Shown here in pieces: positions 37,150 through 50,249 of a stretch of DNA of 64,000 nucleotides. Each line of letters opens with the position of its first letter. Within the stretch, counting starts at the first letter, position 1. The DNA is taken from assembly GCF_018977255.1 (NCBI RefSeq), contig NW_024704743.1, forward strand, positions 79,610,001 to 79,674,000, written 5' to 3'. Under the pieces are notes generated by a model. The model saw only the letters and a list, made by a program, of their open reading frames with translations, did not search any database and was not told the origin of the DNA. The stretch is from Callorhinchus milii (taxonomy: Eukaryota). The translations under genes and the position numbers were made by a program.

Positions 37150-37440
37150 ATGTAATACACTTTATATAGCACCTATCATGTTGAAGCACTCAAAGTGCTC
37201 CAAAGCTTTTCTGTGAAAAGCTAGTGACTGTGTATTTTATAGACAAATGCAGCAGGCAATTTGTGTACAGCCATGAAGTGAAAGATTAGTTTTATGGTGT
37301 GGGGGGGGGGAATATTTGGACACGGTTGGGTCAAAATACAAATTACAGTCACTACATTTTACAGTATATCCTGTGAAGCACTTTGAGATGTCCTCCTGAC
37401 ATGAAAGACGCTATATTAAATGTAAGATTATCATTATCAT
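37150..37440. mobile_element. Two opposed SINE 3' halves
   Basis: Minus: ttatatagcacctatcatg..gcagcaggcaatttgtg. Plus: ttttacagtatatcctgtgaagcactttgagatgtcctcctgacatgaaag. Confidence 0.7.
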
Positions 37441-37524
37441 CTCAGTTATAACCTAATTTTATATCTATACGCCCAAGCAAATAGCTATATTCAAAATTAA
37501 TATGAATTATTTAATTAATTAATA

Positions 37525-37830
37525 GTTGGGCAGAGGCGCCCTGCATGTCAGCACCCTCCAATACCTCACCCAAGTGACCACTGTGAACCAAGATAGTGAA
37601 TGTCCAGGGGTTACAAGACAGTGAGGGGTATCAAGGCTAACCCCTATCCTAACCGCACTCAGAATACACACATCTATTCAAGGACAGATCACTGGATAAC
37701 AGTTTCTTCACTGATTTTTCCCCTCACTTGGCCAGGGCACTGAAGCCAATTGTAGGTAGCTTTCTTACTGCTGCCCTAGTTCAGGTCAGCTAACTCAGCA
37801 CAGACCAGGGATTAAACCACTAGGACCTTA
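37525..37830 (-). mobile_element. AmnSINE2-like SINE
   Basis: acctcacccaagtgacca..tcactggata..gattttccccctc..gggcactgaagccaattgtag..tcagctaactcagcacagaccagggattaaacc. Confidence 0.7.
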
Positions 37831-38207
37831 TGAGTGAGTGGGTATGAAAAGTGGGTTTTCCACCATCGGTGGAGCTAAAGAGTCTAGTTCAGTGGCCAGT
37901 GATAACTTGGCTAAACATCAAGTTTCCATTTCTTGTGTAAAGAAGTCTGTGCTCACCCAGTGTGTGCATTTCATTCCTTTCTAGTTAAATTTTTGAAGTC
38001 AGATAATCTCGGATTAACAGCCTGCAGTTTCACTTCTCCTAAGAAACGTCTTAGAATTTCAAATGTCGAGCACAGAATTTTCCTGAAGATAACACATGAA
38101 ATCACTTTATGATTGTGACCTTCATAACACATTACTGCTGCCTGCTTTAGAACATTGCCTTAAATAGAAACTGGTGCAAGAGAAATGCTATTAGAACTAA
38201 AAAGTAG

Positions 38208-38295
38208 TCAACAACAACAACAAAAAATTACATTTGTGTAGAGCTTTCACGTCGGGAGGATGTCCCAAGGCATTGGACGGTCAAGGATTTGCACA
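38208..38295 (-). mobile_element. Very short L2 3' tail
   Basis: (CAA)n..tttcacgtcgggaggatgtcccaaggcattggac. Confidence 0.75.
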
Positions 38296-39080
38296 TAGTC
38301 ACATGTTTTCAATCATTAAAATGTGAATGGTGGAGTCATGAGTCACTGGTTTGTGCTAACTCTAAAACATATCTCTTCTAGCAAGCTGGGCTTTGAACCA
38401 GCTGTCTTTTACACCAATTCTTCCCAGGGTGAGACCAGCTCTTCCAGGGATTTCTCATAGCTGCTTGGTGGATGGCGTGCCTTCCAGTAATGACCAAGGC
38501 ATGTTACTCCCTCACTGAACTCACCATTGCAGGAAGGAATGATTTGTAGGGATTTCATCAGCTGTAATGGACAGTGAATGCAGATCGGAGTGTGACCATG
38601 CATTTCTCTGTGACCCATTTGACGTATGCAGCACACTGCTTTGAACCTGTTTTATCTTTGTGGAGTTAGTCAATGCCTCGGGGGTGGTGGGGTATAACAT
38701 GCTTCACAAACCCAGGACTGCTCTGCCTTTTGGCCTCTCTGAATGAGGCTGCCAAGTATGACGGGAGCTTTAGTGCCATTTAGTGTTGAAACATAGCATG
38801 GACCTGTGCCCACTTAGAATTGGACTGAGGCTGCCCGAAGACTTTCATGGAAGAATTTCAAATTGCTAAGGTTGACTCCTTTACTGCAGCTGTACTGGAA
38901 ACCTAAACAATAACATCTCCCACGGGCTAAATCCCAACAAATACTTTGACTTTGTGATTTACCCCTTCCTGCTTCCCAGTGCTGAGAAACATTCCCGCTG
39001 CTTCTTTGTCTTCTTCCATCTTTCTTAAAAAAAAGAGGTTTTAAGTTTTTTTAACCCTCTCGACATTTATTATTATTACA

Positions 39081-39538
39081 GGAGTCCTGTAGCTCGGTGG
39101 TTAGAGCACTCGCCTCGCAAACGAGAGACCTGGATTCAATTCCGGCAGGGTGTAATGTTGGGCAAATTTTCTTACTCCATACGCCTCTGTTTACCTAGCA
39201 GTAAGTAGGAACAAGGTTGTTAGTTGATTGCGGGAATCGCTTTTCTGGGGATAATAATCCCTTAAAAAAAACTAATAATAATTTGGTCATTCAATCCACA
39301 GCTGTTTCAGTGCCTTGGGACGTCCTCCCGACGTGAAAAGCGCTCTATAAATGGAATCTTGTTGTTGTTGTTGTTGTTTGTGGGACACTGCTGTGCGCAA
39401 TTGGCTGCCGCATTTCATCCACAAAATCTACAGTAAATTCACTTTACAGTATATTCTGTGAAGCACTTTGAGACGTCTCGAAGACGTGATAAGGCACTAT
39501 ATCAAATGCAAGGATTAATCTTCTTAGCATTATTATTA
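39081..39538 (+). mobile_element. Full-length long-form SINE with a 70-bp L2 tail inserted at 39308-39377
   Basis: Complete head, CORE-like segment and Deu part; the body gctgtt|tgtgggacac is split by cagtgccttgggacgtcctcccgacgtgaaaagcgctc..(ttg)n. Confidence 0.92.
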
Positions 39539-39594
39539 ATTGTGCTGAACCACTTCTACGTGAAATATGTCTTTTCATTTGTGGCTTTGTTAAG

Positions 39595-39855
39595 TGAAGG
39601 AACCCCGATTATAAGACACAGGGTGAGCCATTCATCTTCCTAATAAATGTAACAACTTTGACCGAATCTGCTTACAATGGGACAATCCTATTCTTGGGAA
39701 TATTATCAATATTGCTACTCTTGACAGCAAGCAAAATCGTACTCTATCACAGAATAATGTTTGCTTACACTAGCTGTTCCTCACATTGTGTTTACACTGG
39801 CAAACTTTGCGTTGTGTGCTTAGATTGTATTTCCCATCATAAGAACGGAACAAAC
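39595..39855. mobile_element. Tigger/pogo-like non-autonomous DNA transposon relic
   Basis: ggaaccccgattataagacac at the left, gcttacaatgggacaatcc internally and tcccatcataag..cgg at the right resemble Tigger termini. Confidence 0.35.
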
Positions 39856-40074
39856 CATTTGATAGTGATAACGAACAGCGCATGGTATCGTGAAGATGAA
39901 AAATAAGGAGCAAGAAATTGATAAAAGAATGGACAGTTTTAAAAGAAAATAAGCAGCAGAAATATATTTCAAGAAAAATTTCAAGATAGTAAGGCAGAAC
40001 TCACATTAACACATATCTGAGCACTTCATAAATGATCAACATGTCTTCCAGCATATGTAAACTGCAATAAACAT

Positions 40075-40455
40075 TCAGATGAAGCTGTCCTTCAGATGAA
40101 ACATTAAACTGAGGTTCCATCTGCCTGTTCAGGTGGATGTTAAAAATCCCCCACGGTGCTATTCGAAAAGAGAAGGGAGTTTCTCTCTTCCAGTGTCCTG
40201 TGTCCCAGAGCCTTGGAATGTCCTCCCAACATAAAAGGCACACTACAAATGTCCTGGCCGACAATATCCCAAATAAAATTGGCCGCTCACTCCATTCACC
40301 CACTCCTGTTTGTAGGACATTGCTTTGTGTAAGCTGCGACATTTCTCCCACAAAATACACAAGCCAATCCATTTTACAGTACATCATGTGAAGTGCTTTG
40401 AGACATCTCAACAATGTGGTAAGCCACTATAACAAATGCAAGGTTTATTATTATT
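40075..40455 (+). mobile_element. Older Deu SINE with an internal L2 tail (40200-40250)
   Basis: ttcagatgaaacattaaactgaggttccatctgcctgttcaggtggatgttaaaaatccc; tgtcctg occurs on both sides of the insert. Confidence 0.85.
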
Positions 40456-40944
40456 AAACATCAAAAATCATCTTTCAATACGTCAAAAAGCTTATAGAAA
40501 GCTTAGGAAGTGGGATTAAAAAGTACAGGACAAACATTTTTGATTTTCTAAAAATTTGTTTAAATGAATTAAACCTTTATTTTAAAAAAGGTTCAGAAAT
40601 ATTTCGCTGAGGATTTCATTTCCTCATTTCTTTTATTCAGAAAATGCAACTGAAATGACTCATTGATTGAGACAATCATCACACACGTAAGTAGGGATAT
40701 GTTGGTTTGTTTCTACACTTTAACAACCTTTAGACAACTAACCACGGTATGCGGTCCACTTCCAGATAATTCCCCGGACTGTTGGAAAACATCACCACAG
40801 GCATTTTGACATAGAACGATGACTGCACTTCCTGTTGTAACCTACACCCCACAGTCCCCACATTGAGTCATCCTATTCATTCATACTACTGCATTCCTTT
40901 GAAACTCTCCAAAATAAATGTTTTTTTCAGAAAAATTTAATCAT

Positions 40945-41168
40945 CAGCACTGGGCCCCCACTTTCTGGAACTCCTTCAGTAAATTCCTTCCAACTCTCTA
41001 CCTTCTTTTCTGCTTTCAAAAGCAGTTTAAACCCCATCTCTTTGATAAAGCACTTGCTATCTCTCACCTTCTCCACCTCTCATACTGCTCAATACCCCAG
41101 ATTATTTCTGTAAAGTGCTGTGAGACAGTTTCCTTTGTGAAAGGCATATCGGTGCATATTATTGTTAT
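40945..41168 (+). mobile_element. Old L2 3' end
   Basis: APTFWNSF..FQKQFKPHLFDKA; ctgtaaagtgctgtgagac..gtgaaaggc. Confidence 0.65.
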
Positions 41169-41299
41169 GATATTCTGGCAAATAACAGTAGTTGTAATAG
41201 ATATAACGTTACCTAACTACTTACCTAATTTCAGAGACACAGGTTGGTGAGAGCCAAGACTTGGGGATTCCAGAATGGTCGCTGAAGTAAGATGAAAAT

Positions 41300-42008
41300 T
41301 AGACTAGAACTCAAGCAGCACTACTTGTTTTTATATTCCAGACTCCTTGTTAGAAAGCCAAGATTCCTATTAGCCTTCTTGAGAACTTTCTCCACCTGCA
41401 ATCTCAATTGTAATATACTTGGCCCCCTAAATCCCTTGTTATTCCATCTCCCCCAATTCTTTTCATTCAGAATGTATTCCTACTTATCATTCCTACCTCT
41501 AAAAGTACACCATGTCATTCTTTGCTATGCAGAACTCCATATTTCCATGCACTCATTTAATCTGGCTACATCCCCTTGCAATCTCCTCCCTTCTTCACAT
41601 ATCCACTTGCAAGATACACAATCACTGCACTTTACGGTATGTCCTGTGAAATGTTTTGAAACATCCTCCCAATGAAAGGAGCTATATGAAATGCAAAGAT
41701 TATTATTTATTACTATTAATAACTTACTACACCTCCTACCTTAGCTTCATCAGCAAGCTTGGAAACATTCCCTTCTATTCCTATAGCCAAGTCCATTTAT
41801 ATATAGCCTGAAATCAAGAGCACCAGCATTGATCCCTACACTGCCTAGTGAGAAAATGTACCTCTTTTTGCAACATCCCAGTATCCTAGTTCCCAATTGT
41901 GCCTTCTTAGTATCCAATTCCATGCACTTACTTTCAGCTCAAAATCTCTTATATGGCACTTGCCTTCTGAAGAATGCCTTCTGAAAATCCAAATGAATTA
42001 CATCCATT
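41300..42008 (-). mobile_element. CR1/L3 RT fragment, interrupted by a SINE tail (41610-41720)
   Basis: Minus strand reads DVIHLDFQKAF and SKLADEAKVGGVV, the CR1 RT motifs DFQKAFD and KFADDTKLGG. Confidence 0.8.
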
Positions 42009-43149
42009 GAAACCTTCTGCATCTATCACTTCAATAACAGTTGCTGAACTTGCATGCAGAAAAGATCACTGCACCTGACAATAAGTATGAATCAAGCATC
42101 TGAATACATGATAAAGCATTGTAACAATGCAGATTCTTTCTTTGAGTAGTATCAGCCTGGCTTAGTCGTTCAAGCCCCACATTGGAAGTTGGAATTATAT
42201 TGTCTAATATAACACGCCAATGCAGTGCTGGGGGTGAGTTGCATTGTCTGAGGTGCTGTCTTTCAGATGAGACGTTAAAACCAAGATCCCTTTAGGCTGC
42301 CTTTGGTCAGCTTCAAAGTGATTGGGTGGGGGGCAGTGGGGGTGGGGGGGTCATGAGCCCTGCTGATCCCCACTAGCTCTGTCAATGAGTGAATAACAAG
42401 ATACAAAATATAAAGTTTCGGTTCTCTCTTCATTCATGGAAAAATAAATTCGTACCACAAATATATTATCCACTGTTGCTCAGGCGACTGATACACAATA
42501 CAATTATTGTGTGCATAACTATAGAGGGAAATGCAAATAACACCTGCACAGTGCCACAACTATCAGCACATGTTTGAAAGTTTCTCCCTTTCATTCTGAC
42601 CTTCCAGAATCCTTCCTTTAGATATTGGCAGTCTCACATTGCAAGGTTTAACTGTTGCACCTCATAAAGAAAAGTAATAAATTTTGATATTGTATTACAA
42701 CAGTTCCTTCCTCCCTTGTATTACATTTTAATAAGCAATCATCAAAGCTGAACACAAAGTTTTATTATTCAAAAATGTGTTTAAAGTTGGGGGTAATTCT
42801 AAAATCCTAGGACAGCCTAAGTTTATTCAAATATAAAAACGCTCCTGTGGATCTGACTCACAGTAAAATTTATTCATACAAAATTACCTGCTTCCTAACA
42901 GTAACTTTCTGCTCACTAAACATCAAGGAGGTCAACATTTGCTGGAGAAAATAAATCCTTAAAAAATGAATCAAACGCACTGAATAGGAATGATAAAGGC
43001 AGAAAAAAGAAGGTGCACAGAGAAATCCTCACAGGGACAATTGAGGAAGAATTGGTAATATTTGAAGAAACGCACAATCTGTTCCAAAATGAGGGTTAAA
43101 TTCCTTTTGATGCTAAGTGCAGCCATTTCATAATGTGTGTTTATAATGA

Positions 43150-43380
43150 GAATACCATGCTGTAAGTGCATTTTTAAAATGCCTTCACTTAAGATCTGCA
43201 ACACGCCTATTCTTAGCGTGGTGGGTTTCAGGTGTTAAGTGACCTGTAAGGCCATTTTCAAGTTCAAAATTTCAATTTTGTCTTAAAATTTAAGATTGCA
43301 CAGAATTGTGGAAATTTTTAGATTCAGTCTTAATTTAAGTGCTCCGAGATGCTAAGACAAAATAAATCTAGAGAATTGTT
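43150..43380. mobile_element. MITE family M1, internal hairpin
   Basis: attttgtctta (43275) and taagacaaaat (43353) are inverted; homologous to 46832-46876. Confidence 0.5.
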
Positions 43381-44061
43381 TCCTATTTGCCAACCAATAT
43401 CTAAGAAGACTAATACAAAGGGAATGTCAAGAAGATTTATTTCTATTATTTATAGTAATATGATATTTCAAAAACATTATTAAAAACAGACTTCTATTTA
43501 AACCACCAATAATGAGGAAAAGTAAATGTTTTGAATACGTTATCACATAAGAAGCACCTTACTGAAATTCATGTAAGAGGGAATTTTTAAATCAGGTCCA
43601 GAATTTTGAAATCAGGATAGGAACTTTGAAATCAAATGTACAGTTTGATCTGCCCAGAGGTAATCCTGATATGCAGACATCTTGACAATGTCCTGATGTA
43701 CACTGATTGCTCAACATAAAGAAGCAATTGCAAGACTCTAAAAAGAAACCTTTCTGGTCATTCTGACTAATGTTAAACAAGTTTACCATGTTTCAATTAT
43801 TTTCGGTTTTGTATACTTGCAAGAATTTACAGTAATATTAAATAAAAGGAGTAGATCTGCAGTGCAAGGTGTGATTTCAATCCAAGCATGTCTTTCCAAT
43901 CACAAACAATTGCAATTGATCAATGTAATTTGCATCCACCTCTGTGTACAAACACTATGATGTGTGTTGCTCAGCATGACATGCTAGACACATGGAAATT
44001 GAATACCACCCCTCACACTGCATTGTTCTCACCTCTTCGATGGCTAAGTTGGCAAATTCAC

Positions 44062-44330
44062 ATTCCAGAGCCATACAGACCAGGCAAATCTTAGGTTGTA
44101 CCTTTGATCAGTTCTGAGTTAACAACTGGCTACGCTGCCCTGAGGTTAAGTAGGGAAAGGCCCCATCAGAGTTCCTGTTCATGATTCCTGTCCACTGAAC
44201 TCTGCTGGAATGTCCATATGGGAGGTACTGGTGCAGTCAGGGTTGGACTTGGCAATCATGCCTCCCACAGTCAAATAGTCAGCCAACACTCACTGCCTGG
44301 CTTCACAGTCGGGCACTTGGGTGACAGCCG
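44062..44330 (+). mobile_element. AmnSINE2-like SINE
   Basis: gagccatacagaccagg..tagggaaagg..gttcctgttcatgat..ctgctggaa..cagggttggacttggc..cagtcaaatagtc..cacttgggtga. Confidence 0.65.
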
Positions 44331-45102
44331 TCACTACTCCAGCATAAGTCAGTTTCTTCAAGTGGTAAAGAAAATTGGAGGGGAGAGGAATAATACTAAT
44401 AATCGTCACATTAGATATAGCGCCTTTCATGTCAGGAGGCCATCTCAACGACTTCCCAGGATGTATCATAAAGTGGAGTGGCTGTGTGTTTTGTGGGAAC
44501 CATGCAGCCAATTAATGCTCAGCAGCATCCCATAATTACAAGAATACTTCACTAACAAAACCTTTAGCATCGCTTACTGAAGCCATTACCAAAGATTTGA
44601 GTCAGGTATCTTAGTTGGCTCTGAATCGCATTAGTCAAAATCAAGAAGCAGAAAGCAACAGTGAGCACAGAATATCGGTGGCCGAAGATGGTGTCTGGTC
44701 AGAATGTCAGGAGTTTAGAGGATAAATTAGTCTAACACGAGACTGTGAGCTGAAACATTCCAGTCCAAGGAAGGTCTGTCAAACGGTTTTGTTCCCTGAA
44801 GCAGTTCAGAGCAAATATCTCCATTCATTCATCATTACTGCAGACTTTTATAATTTACACTGAAGCAAAAGCAGTTATCCTGATTAAACCTACCCTAAGG
44901 CTTAAACACAGTGGGACTTGTTTGAATTTGTACACTTCAGTTGCACACTGGAGAAGATCTTTCCATTCTTAAGAACATCAGAAAACACAGACAAAGAAAA
45001 GTTAATTCAGTCCATCAAGCACACTCTCTCCAAAGATTATACAAACGTAGTGTAACATGGATTCTACTCCACCAGCGCTATCTCCTGGGGGATAGTTCTT
45101 CA

Positions 45103-45345
45103 TATAATAATCCTTGCATTTGATATAGTGCCTTATCACGTCTTAGAGACGTCTTAACGCGCTTCACAGAATATACTGTGAAGTGAATTGACTGTATATT
45201 TTGTGGGCGAAATGTAGCAGCCAATTGCACACAGCAGTGTCCCACAAACAGTCATGGATTGAGTGACTAAATTGAAAAAAAATTCTTAAGGGATTATTAT
45301 CCCCAGAAAAGCGAAATCAAAATCTGCCTGGAAATCGAACCCAGG
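45103..45345 (-). mobile_element. tRNA-Deu SINE
   Basis: ccttgcatttgatatagtgccttatcacgtc..cagcagtgtcccacaaacagtc..gaacccaggtc. Confidence 0.85.
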
Positions 45346-46744
45346 TCCTTTTGCAGATCCCCAAAAGAAATGTAACCAACACGTTTTACAATATTCATCC
45401 ACTATTCAACCCTGGCATAATTCCTCCACAGATATCTTCCCTCCCATCCAAAGCCCCCACTTCAATAACACAGAAATCATTCTGTTCCATGAAAATGTAT
45501 TCACTTTAGTCTGGACCCATCCCTGCACTTTACAACACTGTTCTCAAACCAACTGTATGTGCGATATTGCTTTGTGCAAATTGGCTGCTGTGTTAATCTA
45601 TGAAATACAGTGATAAGACTTCTGCAAAATTCCTATGAAGTGCCTTGAGACGTCCTCCCGACATAAAAAGTACTGTATCAGTTGTAAGGACTATTATTAT
45701 TATTATTTCAAATATCACCTTGAATTGGTTATGAAACACCACTATCAATACTTTAGACTTACATTTAAATGCCCTCAAGATGCTGTCTTGCGCAATATAT
45801 GATTAGCATCACAGTGGCTGGAAATCTTCAGAGAATGATTAATGATTGTATCCAAATACTTTTCCTTCTCCACTCAGCTGAGGTCATCTGTTCACAGTAC
45901 ACCGACTTCCCACGTTTACTGGCTCTGCTCTACACCAGTTAGTACTCAACCATGGCAGTTGCGACATCAAGTTGTAATCTTTATGATTTTATCACCGAGA
46001 TAACCTGTGTGCAGAAGTGATTTGATTTTAGAGCAAAATTGATACTGTTATCTTCTCTGTTTACTTTTGGAGTTTGCAGAACTTGTTGCTAAGTTCCTTT
46101 GAAACTATTGGAGGAAAAATGCAGTTTTCCGAAACACATTCCGTCCCTTAATTTTCTGCCCAGCCACCAAACTGTTCCTTATTTGAGAAAATGTATCAGA
46201 ATGGCAGGCTTGAGACTGAACACCCATCTGGCAGCCCCCAAGCACCCACTAACTACAGGAGAATGGTTTCTGCCAAAGGCTTTGAAGATTCCAGATCTCG
46301 ACACCATGTACTTCTTCAGTGAGCAAGGAATGAAGCCACCAGCTGGGTTTAACCCTGATCCGTCAGATGGAGTCTTAAAAAGCTGGCATGTGCTGAAGCA
46401 GACCTGTCTTGCTGCTCCCATGCCTAGTGATAAAGGACCCTCATCCTTTCTCTGTGTAAACAACCCCACCCTGAAAATCTGGTTTATATTCTCACATCAC
46501 CCAAAATTGTGATTAGACTATTCAATCATTCTCGACTACTCCAACACCAAAGATGGCAAACAAGGTACAATGGTTGCATTCAAAAGCCAACTTGATTATT
46601 TTCAATCCGCTGTCTTGCACTCTCGCTGCCGAGTCCCAGCTCCTGCTCTTAGAGACAAGGTTTTAGACTCTCCTCCCAGGATAATGGCTGAGTTAATCCC
46701 ACATTATTGCGTGAAGTTCCGTCTTGCGCAGTTGGAAACAACAA

Positions 46745-46895
46745 TGGCATTGAAGAAATCCTGTCTTAATTCAGTCTTGATTTGAAAGTCTTTTCGCTGA
46801 GAAGTATGGAAAGCCAGCTTCCAAATTTAAGAATATTTCCACAATTTCAGGCGGCCTTAAACATTAAGACAAAATGTTTTTATAAATTGAGACTA
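46745..46895. mobile_element. MITE family M1
   Basis: aatatttccacaatttcaggcggccttaaacattaagacaaaat is the inverted homolog of 43275-43318. Confidence 0.5.
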
Positions 46896-47557
46896 CATGG
46901 GATTTCAGTCTTCAGGTGAGGAAAGAATCAGGATGAGTTGCGGTAATAATAATAATATTTATAACACAACAACAATTGACATTTGTATAGCGCTCTTCAC
47001 ATGGGATAGCATCCTGGAGCACTTAAATAACAATAATAATAACAATATATAATAATAATACATTTGATACAGCACCTCAACATGTTATTGAGATGTGTCA
47101 AAACGCTTCACAGGATATGCTGTAAAGTGTGGTGACTGCATATTTGTGGGTGAAAGTGGGAGCCAATTTGCGAACACCATTGTTCAGCCATGAAGGTAAT
47201 GACCAATTCAATCTGGGGGATTGTTGGCCAGAACACCAGGAGAAACTCCTGTGATGCCTCTTGCGGTCAAATAACTGCAGCGTCACTTCTTATCCAGATT
47301 CAGTATGAAGAGTTATAACTCGCACTAGGTACCGAACAAGGTTTGCGGCTATCGTGCAACAGTGCCGTGACACGAATGAAATTATCCCGTCAAACAGAAG
47401 TGTCCCACTGTTCCCAAGGGCAACTCCACCCACTTCCCCCCAAAAAACTATTAATGAATAGAATTTTGTTTTGAAGCTCTTTATCTGTTTTTTTAAGGTG
47501 TTGGAAATGAAACATTTTTCCACTTTATTGTGCTCATTGTTAGCTTCTGTTTCAGAG

Positions 47558-48084
47558 CATCCAGAACTCTGCAGTCCGTGTTCTCTCCCGCACTAGACTC
47601 CGCGACCCTATCACTCCATCCTTGCCCAACTCCACTGACTTCCCATCATACAGAGGATATAGTTCAAGATCCTGGTCCTCACCTTCAAAACCCTCCACGG
47701 TCTTACTTCCCCCACCTCTCCGACCTCCTAACCTCCTACCACCCTGTTTGCTCCCTCTGCTCAGCGGGCTTCAGCCTGCTTCACGTCCCCCGCCTCGCTC
47801 ACCCCACTATCAACAGGCGGGCCTTCCGCCACTCTGCACCCACCCTCTGGAACTCCATCCTGCAGTCCCTCCATCTTGCCCCCTCCCTCGTCACCTTCAA
47901 GACCCACCTCAAGACTCTCCTCTTCGACCGTGCTTTCGATCTCCCTGCTTCTGCCCCTGCTCTCCCCCCTCCCCCACCCTGACCCTCAGCTCGGGTCCAT
48001 AACTCTGTCTGTTCAGCACCTTGAGACATCCTCCCGACGTGAAAGGCGCCATACAAATGTAATTTTGTTGTTGTTGGTGGTGGT
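47558..48084 (+). mobile_element. L2 3' fragment, variant A, inserted in hairpin MITE M2
   Basis: LSDLLTSYHPV..RAFRHSAPTLWNSI..FKTHLKTLLFDRAF; close relative of 5580-6325. Confidence 0.92.
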
Positions 48085-50249
48085 AATTCCAAATCCACCT
48101 TAAAGTTGAAGCTAGTTTTCTGAATGTTTTTGTAAAAGAAACTCCTGAAATTCAACTTCAAAGCTAAGGTTGAATTCAACAATTTCCTGAATTCTAGTGA
48201 TGTCAAGTTTGTAGAGGAAAACAAGAACCTGATGGAATTGCTGCCCGATATGCAGTGAGAATATTTTATCCGTTCACAGTGAGCTATCTTGTTCTTCCAC
48301 AAGCTTGAAAAGCCCATATCTCACCAGTTGCCCAGTTAGGAGGTTTTCCTGGCAATCTATCATGGGCCAGACACTTTGTTTATTCTGCAGGTCATCATCT
48401 CTGGTGCAGAATATTAAGCAGGACTTCAAACAAATCCTGGAATGCTGTGCGCTGCTGCTAACCATAAGTGTTATTCACGTGTGCAAAACGTTTGCATTGG
48501 CCCTGACGTGAGTGTGAAATCCTTCTTCACACCTGGAAGTCCAAGTATCATTTACTTTAAAGTAAATCCTTGCAAAGTGCTTAATTTGAATGAAAATACA
48601 GTTTCAATGAATTCGCATAAGATATTCCTATAAAAAGGATCCTGAATGCAAATTATTATTCAGTCAAATAATGATGGTGGTGTTGAAGCCTCATTGACTG
48701 TGGCACCTACCTCATGGGGACTAATTCTGTGTCTGTCACAATTCATGGTCATCATTTCCTCACAGTTTGATGGCTTCAGAGAACGCTTTCATCTGATTGT
48801 GTCCTCTGCCTTGAGCCTTCCCTATTGTCAGACCTAAACAAGGACGTACACTCTGTTAAAGCAACGTTGCTGGTGACCTCAGTGGCCCCCGTAAGAGGAG
48901 TCCCCCAGACCCTATTATAATCTGTAACCTCTCCCACTATCTAAAATCAGTCCCTTACTGGGACAGAAACAAAATAGACCTTTGGAAGCTTTTTTCATCT
49001 CAAATGCATTAGCAAGACAAAGCCTGAATGGAATTTAAGCACTCAGCCTGATATTGAAGGGACATGTTCTTTGGAAGCTGGCATCTCAAACTGTGAGAGG
49101 AATTCCATAGATGGTTGGGGGGTGGTGGTGGGGGGAATAATCAACACACAACTAAAGCCCAGTTTACTAACAGCAATGAAGAGGGTTGTGAAGCTGCATC
49201 CAAATACTTTTTTTTATGGCTTTAGGTTCAATATAGTCTTAGTCTCTTCCTTTGCACATGTCTCAAACACGTTCGCTCAGTAAAATTGTTGACCCGTACG
49301 TCAATCCATGTAAACCACACACAGTGCAGCACCTTGAGAAAGTCACTATGTATTAAGAAATGCATTAGAACCAACTAGGGATTAACATATAAAGTAGTGG
49401 ATTATTATCCCCTCCCCCTCCCCCAAAAAATCAACATTATTTGTTTTTAAAAGTGAATAATGAATTTGAGAAGTTTAATCTGTTTAAAAGACCACTTTGC
49501 CAACTTCAAAGGAAATCTTTCAGCTGATGAAAGAAGGCACAAACTAATGACAAGATGTAACAGAAAACTTTGACTCATCGAATTCCAGTCGAGTTTTCCA
49601 CTAACTTTTTTGGGCAATAAAAAATAAACACATGACGAAAATGTTCTTCATGATAGCCACAAATTCCATTCTATGATCAAGGGCAGGCATTATAGAGCAA
49701 AGCAGATTTTTACCTCCCTCCCCCTCTCTGATGATAGCCACTTTGAATCCATAGAATGAAAAGGGTTAAAAATTGTGGCAATCCTTAACTATCACTGGTG
49801 TAAAGACACTCAATAGGTGGCAGCACACCCCAACAGGTAAACATTTGTTTCCTTTACAGATCCTAGTATCAGCCAATGTTTTTATTTTGAGGCAAACATT
49901 ATTTAATTTGAAAATTCTGAGCCCCAGACAATCCTTCCCAGCTTTTCAAAAGTTGGAACATTAATTTTTTAGAATTGATCTGCAAAAATCATGATATCTC
50001 CAACCAAAAATTACGGTTTCACTGAGCGACCCAGAGGGCTCAAGCCTAACCCAGTAATGTGTTCATTTTTGTTGGAGATGCAGTCTTTCGGCTGAGCCGT
50101 TCAAGATTCCATTGTGAATAGCCTCCTGAACACTAACAATGTGAGCACACAGGTGAAGAATTTGACGGAGGTAACGGATGGTGTCCAGCACCCATGAAAT
50201 TATAACACTGCATAAGTAAGTGGCTCAGCAAAAGAAGAAGAATTATTAA

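Noticed and set aside
46099..46512. 137-aa plus ORF and 96-aa minus ORF in unique sequence
   Set aside because: No recognisable domain and no convincing splice-site pair
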